DNA of 64,000 nt from Candidatus Woesebacteria bacterium (GTDB taxonomy: Bacteria; Patescibacteriota; Microgenomatia; UBA8517). Positions 57,178 to 64,000 of this stretch are shown here, one piece after another (the first letter of the stretch is position 1; each line of letters begins with the position of its first letter). Where the stretch lies: assembly GCA_003484955.1 (NCBI GenBank), contig DMZH01000002.1, forward strand, positions 145,700 through 209,699. The letters run 5' to 3'. The notes beneath the pieces are model-generated. The model saw nothing but the letters and a program-made list of their open reading frames with translations. It searched no databases and was not told the origin of the DNA. The translations under genes were made by a program, and so were the position numbers.

Positions 57178-58446
57178 ATGAGCAAGATTAAACATATTTG
57201 GGCAAGAGAAATTTTGGATTCCAGGGGTATACCGACGGTGGAGGCAGCATGTTTGCTTGAATCCGGTGAAGTTTCCGTATCCTCAGTTCCCGCAGGTGCC
57301 TCAACCGGAACCCATGAAGCACTGGAACTCCGAGATACACAAAATCCAAGGTATTTGGGTTTGGGCGTACTTCAGGCCGTAAACAATGTAAATACAATTC
57401 TTGGACCGGCACTTGTAGGGATGGATCCGACCGATCAGGAATCTATAGATAAAAAGTTAATAGAACTCGATGGGACGGAAAACAAAACCAAATATGGTGC
57501 GAACGCTGTTCTTTCTGTCTCTGAGGCAGTTGTAAAATGCGGTGCAATGGCCACACACCAGCCTTTATATTCCTGGATTTTCGCATTGGCCACAAAATAC
57601 AATATTTGCCAAAGCGTAAAAATTCCGACACCGCTTTTTAACATGATTAACGGAGGTAGACACGGCGCGGGTAATCTTGATTTTCAGGAATTTTGGGTAA
57701 TCCCCACCAGCTCAAAGAATTTTTCTGAGGGTCTTCAGATTGGGGTTGAAATATACCAAACCATAGGAAAAAATTTAAAACATCGTGGTGCGATTCATTC
57801 TGTCGGAGATGAGGGTGGCTATGCGCCGGATCTTTTTACCAATGCAGATGCTCTGGAGGTTTTTGTGGAATCTATACATCAAACCAACTACTCGCTTGGC
57901 CGTGACGCTCTTTTGGGACTGGATCTTGCCTCAAACAGTTTTTATAAGGACGGGGAATATTTCATCAAGGACCATTCCTCGGCCATGAACGATTTACAGC
58001 TTTCGGATTATTATAAATCGCTTATTGAACAATACAAACTGGCTATAATGGAGGATCCTTTTCATGAAGACGCCTGGGAGACTTGGACAGCTTTTACCGG
58101 ACAGGTTTCTCAATCGACTCTTGTTGTCGGCGACGACCTTTTGGCCACCAATCCGAAGCGTGTAGAGAGGGCCATCAAAGAAAAGTCCTGTAACTCAATT
58201 CTTATTAAACCAAATCAAATTGGTACCATTACGGAGACTTTGCAGGTTATCAAGATGGCCAGAGAAGTAAATTGGAAGATAGTTGTTTCTCACAGGTCAG
58301 GAGAGACAAACGACAGCTTTATTGCAGATTTTGGAGTTGGTGTTTCTGCTGATTATGTTAAGTTTGGCGCTCCCGCAAGAGGTGAGAGAGTAGCCAAATA
58401 TAACCGCCTCTCTACTATTGAAATAGAATTAGGTAGAATTAAATAA
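57178..58446 (+). CDS. eno: Enolase
   Basis: REILDSRG.PTVE, VGDEGG, SHRSGET, RGERVAKYN; ATG at 57178. Confidence 0.97.
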   Translation: MSKIKHIWAREILDSRGIPTVEAACLLESGEVSVSSVPAGASTGTHEALELRDTQNPRYLGLGVLQAVNNVNTILGPALVGMDPTDQESIDKKLIELDGTENKTKYGANAVLSVSEAVVKCGAMATHQPLYSWIFALATKYNICQSVKIPTPLFNMINGGRHGAGNLDFQEFWVIPTSSKNFSEGLQIGVEIYQTIGKNLKHRGAIHSVGDEGGYAPDLFTNADALEVFVESIHQTNYSLGRDALLGLDLASNSFYKDGEYFIKDHSSAMNDLQLSDYYKSLIEQYKLAIMEDPFHEDAWETWTAFTGQVSQSTLVVGDDLLATNPKRVERAIKEKSCNSILIKPNQIGTITETLQVIKMAREVNWKIVVSHRSGETNDSFIADFGVGVSADYVKFGAPARGERVAKYNRLSTIEIELGRIK

Positions 58447-60113
58447 TGCAAGATGAATCTTCAAAGACTGTGCTCTTAGTTGTTTTGGACGGCTGGGGAC
58501 TTGCGGCTCCCGGGCCAGGGAACCCTATTTCTCAAGCGGATTTACCCAATATAAGAAAGTTTATGACAGCATTTCCCCACACACAGCTTCAAGCATCGGG
58601 TGAGGCGGTCGGACTACCCAGAGGAGAGGTCGGAAATACGGAAACGGGACACCTTAACCTGGGTGCCGGCAGGATCGTCTATCAAGACCTTTTAAGAATT
58701 AACATGAGCATTGCTGACGGAAGCTTTTACGATAACCCGATACTAATTGGTGCGGTGGATCATGCCAAAACTTTTAACGGAAATCTCCATTTAATGGGGC
58801 TTATCGGTGCAGGGGGGGTTCACAGCAATATTGAACACCTTTATTCCCTGATTGAACTTGCCAAAAAGCACCAATTTAACCGGATTTTTCTGCACTTGTT
58901 CACTGACGGCAGAGATTCTCCTCCAACCGCAGCCAAAACTTACATAAGCCAACTGAGAGGGGTTCTTGACAAGCGTGGCGTTGGTCAAATTGCCTCAATT
59001 ATGGGCAGATATTGGGCGATGGACAGAGATATGCGTTGGGACAGGACCGCCAAAGCATATTTTGCCTTGACCAAAGGAGAGGGACATCTTTTCAAAACTC
59101 CCGAAGAAGCAATTGATGCATCCTATGCCGAGGGAAAAACGGATGAATTTATTGAGCCCTGCATAATAACTACCCAGGAAGGTAAACCTATAGGAACCAT
59201 AAAACCCAACGATGCTGTAATATTTTTTAATTTTAGAATTGACCGGCCCAGACAACTTTCCAGGGCCTTTACTTTTCAGGATTTTTCTAAAGCAAATTTA
59301 CCCGTCGGATTTGACCCTTACCTGGTTAAATATCAAAAGTCCCATCTTGCAACTCAAATCACCGGTTCCACAGAACCTTTTATCAGAGGTCCGAAACTTG
59401 ACAATCTTTATTTTGCGACAATGACGCAGTATGAAAAATCCATTGAAGAATCCGGTGCTAAAGTTGTATTTCCACCCGAAGCTGTAAAATTGCCTCTTGG
59501 CGCAGTTATTTCCGGCGCAGGCTACAAACAACTTCGCGTATCCGAAAGCGAAAAGGAAAGATTTGTAACGTTTTATTTTAACGGTCAGCAGGAAGTGGCA
59601 TTCGACGGTGAAGAACGTTTAATTATTCCTTCTCCGAAAGTAAACACTTACGATCTTAAGCCTGAAATGAGTGCCAGAGAAATTACAGAGAATGTTTTGG
59701 AAAAACTAAAAATTCAGGGTCAATATAGATTTGTTCTTATAAATTTCGCTAATCCGGATATGGTAGGACACACCGGTAATATTGGAGCTGCAGTTAAAGC
59801 ATGTGAGGTTGTAGATGAATGTATAGGTAAACTGGGGGATTGGGCGATGGCTTATGGAGGATATATGATTATAACAGCCGACCACGGAAACGTGGAGGAA
59901 ATGATTGATCAGGCAACGGGGACCATAGAAACCGAACATAGCGCCAGCCCTGTTCCTTTCATAATTGTTTCGCAAAAACTGATGGGAAAGCCCGTCACTC
60001 TTACTTCGGGAATTCTTGCAGACATAGCGCCAACTATTCTAAATATCCTGGGAATTACCGTTCCCTCCAATATGACGGGTCATAATTTACTGGATTCACA
60101 ATTCAAATTGTAA
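58446..60113 (+). CDS. gpmI: 2,3-BPG-independent phosphoglycerate mutase
   Basis: LDGWG, GRYWAMDRD, NPDMVGHTG, TADHGN. Confidence 0.96.
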   Translation: MQDESSKTVLLVVLDGWGLAAPGPGNPISQADLPNIRKFMTAFPHTQLQASGEAVGLPRGEVGNTETGHLNLGAGRIVYQDLLRINMSIADGSFYDNPILIGAVDHAKTFNGNLHLMGLIGAGGVHSNIEHLYSLIELAKKHQFNRIFLHLFTDGRDSPPTAAKTYISQLRGVLDKRGVGQIASIMGRYWAMDRDMRWDRTAKAYFALTKGEGHLFKTPEEAIDASYAEGKTDEFIEPCIITTQEGKPIGTIKPNDAVIFFNFRIDRPRQLSRAFTFQDFSKANLPVGFDPYLVKYQKSHLATQITGSTEPFIRGPKLDNLYFATMTQYEKSIEESGAKVVFPPEAVKLPLGAVISGAGYKQLRVSESEKERFVTFYFNGQQEVAFDGEERLIIPSPKVNTYDLKPEMSAREITENVLEKLKIQGQYRFVLINFANPDMVGHTGNIGAAVKACEVVDECIGKLGDWAMAYGGYMIITADHGNVEEMIDQATGTIETEHSASPVPFIIVSQKLMGKPVTLTSGILADIAPTILNILGITVPSNMTGHNLLDSQFKL

Positions 60114-60132
60114 CCTGTATACTTTTTAAATC

Positions 60133-60762
60133 ATGGATAACATTATGCGAATACTCGCAGATTTTTTGACATCCTTTATCTCCTCTTATGGGTATTTTGC
60201 CGTCTTTATTTTTATGACCGCAGAGAGCGCCCTAATCCCCATCCCGTCTGAGGTAACAATGACCTTTGCGGGGTTTTTGAGCGGAATCGGAATAATGAAT
60301 ATCTGGGTTGTAATACTAATCGGCGCCTTCGGAAATCTTGTCGGTTCCCTTCTCGCTTTTTGGCTGGGAAGAAAAATGGGTGAGGAATGGATAAGAGTAG
60401 CCATCAGAAAATGGGGAAAGTGGGTTCTCATTCATGAGAAAGACTTTGATAAAGCACTCGTTTGGTTTGGTAAATATGGTCAGGGTATAACTTTCGGGTC
60501 ACGCCTCCTTCCAATCGTCAGAACTTTCATTTCACTTCCCGCAGGAATTGCCAACATGGACATTAAGCTCTTCAGTCTGCTTACTTTTATCGGTTCTTTT
60601 ATTTGGTCGGCAGTTTTAGCCTTTATTGGTCTTAAACTCGGCCAAAACTGGAATGCAATTGAACCGATCTTTCGAAAATTCCAGTACTTAATAGTTGGAG
60701 TCTTTTTTGCCTTAGCAGTTCTTTACGTCTGGAACCACTTCAGAAAGAATAAAAAGGAGTAG
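60133..60762 (+). CDS. DedA family membrane protein
   Basis: ESALIPIPSE, RLLPIVRTFISLPAG. Confidence 0.93.
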   Translation: MDNIMRILADFLTSFISSYGYFAVFIFMTAESALIPIPSEVTMTFAGFLSGIGIMNIWVVILIGAFGNLVGSLLAFWLGRKMGEEWIRVAIRKWGKWVLIHEKDFDKALVWFGKYGQGITFGSRLLPIVRTFISLPAGIANMDIKLFSLLTFIGSFIWSAVLAFIGLKLGQNWNAIEPIFRKFQYLIVGVFFALAVLYVWNHFRKNKKE

Positions 60763-60793
60763 TTAGTTAGTTCTTTGGATATATGCAAAAACT

Positions 60794-61417
60794 TCAGTTT
60801 TTATATCTCCGTATCAACCCGACGACCCGCCCCTGAATGCGAACATTTTTAACAAAAATCGGCTGCATTGTAGAATTGGCCGGCTGAAGTCTGATGCGTG
60901 TTGCCTCTTTATAAAATCTCTTCAGAGTTGCCATACCATTATCAAGAAGGGCTACGACGACATCTCCATCTTTGGCATGTTCAGTTTGTTCGACGATAAC
61001 ATTATCTCCGTCCCTAATTCCGTCCTCTATCATACTTTCACCCCTTACTTGCAACACATAGGTTCTTTTGCTTCCGCTTACAAACGATGCCGGAATATTC
61101 ATTGAAGCATTGGGGTCGGTATAGGCTTCGATGGGTAAACCGGCTGCAATATAACCTAAAATAGGAACATTAAAGTTTTCACTCTTTTCAAGACTAGTAT
61201 CTCCCTCAGTCAGTTCAATTGAACGGACTTTTCCCTGTTTTCTTTTAATAAGTCCTTTTGCCTCAAGTGACTGCAGGTGTTCGTGAACCGTGGCTAGTGA
61301 AGAAACACCGATAGCCTCCGCAATTTGTTTGAGAGTGGGGGCTGACCCATTTAATTCAATATACTGTTTTATAAAACCTAAAATTTGCCTTTGTTTTCTG
61401 TAAACTATTAGTGCCAT
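60794..61417 (-). CDS. lexA: LexA repressor
   Basis: wHTH, IAAG.P cleavage site, GESM (Ser), ATLKR (Lys). Confidence 0.96.
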   Translation of the reverse strand: MALIVYRKQRQILGFIKQYIELNGSAPTLKQIAEAIGVSSLATVHEHLQSLEAKGLIKRKQGKVRSIELTEGDTSLEKSENFNVPILGYIAAGLPIEAYTDPNASMNIPASFVSGSKRTYVLQVRGESMIEDGIRDGDNVIVEQTEHAKDGDVVVALLDNGMATLKRFYKEATRIRLQPANSTMQPIFVKNVRIQGRVVGLIRRYKN

Positions 61418-61432
61418 ACCTTAGATTAATTT

Positions 61433-61496
61433 ACAAACATTACCCGAACATTGCAACTGGATCTTTCTTGTTCAAACCCAAACATATCCCAAACGT
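61433..61496. promoter_or_regulatory. Two candidate direct-repeat LexA boxes in the lexA/uvrB divergent promoter
   Basis: ACAAAC-ATTAC-CCGAAC (61433-49) and CCAAAC-ATATC-CCAAAC (61478-94), both with an 11-bp period. Confidence 0.6.
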
Positions 61497-61512
61497 ATGT
61501 TAAAATAACTAA

Positions 61513-63531
61513 ATGAAATTCAAGCTTAATTCAAATTATAAACCGATTCCTGATCAAGAAACTGCTGTTAACTCTCTTAGCGAGGGAATTCTCTCCGGCG
61601 AAAAATATCAAACATTGCTTGGGGTAACAGGAAGTGGAAAAACTTTTACAATGGCCAACGTTATTGAAAAAGTTCAAAGGCCGACTCTCATTATTTCGCA
61701 CAACAAAACCCTGGCAGCCCAACTCTATCAGGAAATGCGTGACCTCTTTTCGAAAAATGCAGTTTCATACTTCGTTTCGTACTATGACTATTATCAGCCG
61801 GAGGCATACATTCCCTCAACAGATACCTACATTGAAAAGGACGCCGATATAAACGAAACAATAGACAAGCTTCGTCTTGCCGCAACAACAAACTTACTGA
61901 CCAGGTCCGATACAATAGTGGTTGCTTCCGTATCCTGCATTTACAACATTGGTTCTCCCCGTGAATACGGTCATTTTGTTCTTGAAATTACTGAGGGTAT
62001 GAAAGTAGGAAGAGAACAAATTATCGACAGGATCGTCGATTTACAATACGAAAGAAGTGATTTTGGATTCAACCGCGGAACTTTCAGAGTCAGGGGGAAT
62101 GTAATTGATATTTACCCTGCTTATCTGGACGAGGGAATTCATATTGAATTCGATGAAGATAAAATTCAGAAAATAGAAATGATTAACCCTGTTACCGGAA
62201 CTGTAACCAAAAGTAAAAACGGATTCGACCCAACAACCTTTGTTCTTTATCCTGCTAAGCATTTTATGACCAATCCGGATAATTATGGAGAGGTTTTCGC
62301 AAAAATAATGTTCGACCTTGATAAAAGAGTAAAAGAACTAAAATCCGAGGGAAAAGAACTGGAAGCGCACAGAATTGCCCAAAAAGTTACATATGACATG
62401 GAGATGATTAAGGAAGTGGGCTACGTTAAAGGTATCGAGAATTACTCAAGATATTTTGATGGTAGGAGCCCTGGAGACCCTCCTTTTTCTCTCCTCGACT
62501 ATTTCAATGAACCATACAAAGATAAATGGCTGCTTCTTGTCGACGAGTCTCACATGACTTTCCCGCAAATAAGGGGAATGTTTAACGGAGACCTGGCAAG
62601 AAAACAAACTTTGATTGATTATGGTTTCAGGCTTCCCTCTGCCTTGGACAACAGACCCCTGAAATTTGAAGAATTTATGAGAAGAATTCCTAATTTTATA
62701 GCCAGTTCGGCAACACCCAAGGATTGGGAAGTAAGTATGAGTGGCGGCAAAACCACGGAGATTTTGGTTAGACCCACCGGGATTCCGGATCCGTTAGTTG
62801 AAATAAAACCCGTAAAAAATCAGGTAGCCGACGTTATCGAAGAGATCAAGAAAGTTACTTCAAAAAAACAGCGTACTTTGGTTACAACTTTAACCAAAAA
62901 GACCGCGGAGGACTTGACTACATATCTGAACGAACAGGGATTAAAGGTTCAATACCTGCATTCGGATGTGGCTACACTTGACAGAACCGACATTCTGGAT
63001 GATCTTAGGAACGGAAAATATGATGTCCTGGTGGGAATAAACCTTCTCAGAGAAGGCCTGGACCTCCCCGAAGTGAGCCTGGTAGCCATACTTGATGCGG
63101 ACAAAGAAGGATTCCTTCGAAGTGACGTGACCCTTATTCAAACGATGGGTAGGGCCGCCAGACACGTTGAGGGCCGCGTTTTTATGTATGCCGATAAGGT
63201 AACAGGATCAATGGAAAGGGCTCTCTCCGAAGTTAAAAGAAGGCGTGCCTATCAGCTTGAATACAACAAAAAACACAACATTACACCCGTGAGCATTAGT
63301 AAACCAATTCGGGAGCGCATAATTGAGAACCAACAAGGCGAACGGGGTTCCTGGGTATTTGGATCAAAAGAACCGGTTTATGATAGTCTTCCTAATTTGG
63401 AAGTTGACGCAATGACACCTATGGAAAAGAAACGTTTGATTAAAAATTTAACAACCGAAATGCGCATGGCAGCTCAAGATCTGAATTTTGAACTTGCGGC
63501 AGAGATTAGAGATAAGATTAAGGAAATATAA
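61513..63531 (+). CDS. uvrB: Excinuclease ABC subunit B
   Basis: GVTGSGKT, YYDYYQPEAY, DESH, GINLLREGLD, C-terminal UVR domain. Confidence 0.98.
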   Translation: MKFKLNSNYKPIPDQETAVNSLSEGILSGEKYQTLLGVTGSGKTFTMANVIEKVQRPTLIISHNKTLAAQLYQEMRDLFSKNAVSYFVSYYDYYQPEAYIPSTDTYIEKDADINETIDKLRLAATTNLLTRSDTIVVASVSCIYNIGSPREYGHFVLEITEGMKVGREQIIDRIVDLQYERSDFGFNRGTFRVRGNVIDIYPAYLDEGIHIEFDEDKIQKIEMINPVTGTVTKSKNGFDPTTFVLYPAKHFMTNPDNYGEVFAKIMFDLDKRVKELKSEGKELEAHRIAQKVTYDMEMIKEVGYVKGIENYSRYFDGRSPGDPPFSLLDYFNEPYKDKWLLLVDESHMTFPQIRGMFNGDLARKQTLIDYGFRLPSALDNRPLKFEEFMRRIPNFIASSATPKDWEVSMSGGKTTEILVRPTGIPDPLVEIKPVKNQVADVIEEIKKVTSKKQRTLVTTLTKKTAEDLTTYLNEQGLKVQYLHSDVATLDRTDILDDLRNGKYDVLVGINLLREGLDLPEVSLVAILDADKEGFLRSDVTLIQTMGRAARHVEGRVFMYADKVTGSMERALSEVKRRRAYQLEYNKKHNITPVSISKPIRERIIENQQGERGSWVFGSKEPVYDSLPNLEVDAMTPMEKKRLIKNLTTEMRMAAQDLNFELAAEIRDKIKEI

Positions 63532-63559
63532 TTGTTTAAAATTATGTTATCATTGACGT

Positions 63560-63760
63560 ATGGAGAATCTAAAAATTAAATTTATAAAGAAATATGCCAA
63601 TTTACCATGGGGAGCTCGAGAAGAAATAATTGCCATTGTTGATGATCAAAATTTCACTTGGAATTCTGCTAATATAGAGATAGATAGGGGTATGAATCCT
63701 CCTACTGAAATAGGTGAAAAAATCCTAAAGCAATTGCAAGAATTGGGGATTCTAGTATGA
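63560..63760 (+). CDS. Small hypothetical protein
   Basis: 66 aa, YANLP...R.EII...TW...EIG.KIL..L. Confidence 0.7.
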   Translation: MENLKIKFIKKYANLPWGAREEIIAIVDDQNFTWNSANIEIDRGMNPPTEIGEKILKQLQELGILV

Positions 63761-64000
63761 AAAACCGAGCAAAGAAAGATATATTAAGTAATAAGAAGAC
63801 TAGAGAACAAGTTCAAAAACTTGTTGTAGCAAGGCTTTCTACGATACCTAGAGATCTTGAGATAGCAATTGGGAATGAGCAATATACAATAAGCGATCTC
63901 CAAAGATTTGTGATGGAAAATAACGATATTGGTAAACAAGTTATGGAATTGCAAATGGAGTATCTTAAGAGAATGGCTTCAGGGGAGATTTATAAAATGT
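63757..64000 (+). CDS. Small hypothetical protein (runs off the window)
   Basis: ATGA overlap with the previous stop; MKNRAKK...KLVVARLSTIP...DIGKQVMELQMEYLKRM. Confidence 0.65.
   Translation, partial: MKNRAKKDILSNKKTREQVQKLVVARLSTIPRDLEIAIGNEQYTISDLQRFVMENNDIGKQVMELQMEYLKRMASGEIYKM

Overview
The window is bacterial chromosome, most consistent with Patescibacteria/CPR (Microgenomates-like; inferred from gene content, compactness and tRNA-intron type), read with standard code 11. The backbone carries ftsZ (5' truncated), dus, ileS, rodA, rplU/rpmA, parB, lepB, an IMPDH/GMPR-family gene, a surface-polysaccharide cluster, polX, lemA/htpX, gatCAB, dnaE, rplS, ruvC, a glycolytic cluster, lexA and uvrB. 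The main accessory feature is an AT-rich ~11.9 kb defence island (24439-36327) integrated at the 3' end of tRNA-Thr(CGT) by a large serine recombinase. It carries a retron-type system (structured ncRNA whose long-range stem covers the SD and start codon of a 65-aa ORF, an XRE-HTH gene, and an RT), a type III R-M pair, a PD-(D/E)XK nuclease and a RusA-like nuclease. The att site splits the recombinase C-terminus, and a complete, inverted attP-like junction sits inside the island. Nearby, tRNA-Asp(GTC) is interrupted within its anticodon by a group I intron, next to a free-standing PD-(D/E)XK homing-type endonuclease. All calls come from reading motifs by eye; no searches or folding programs were run.
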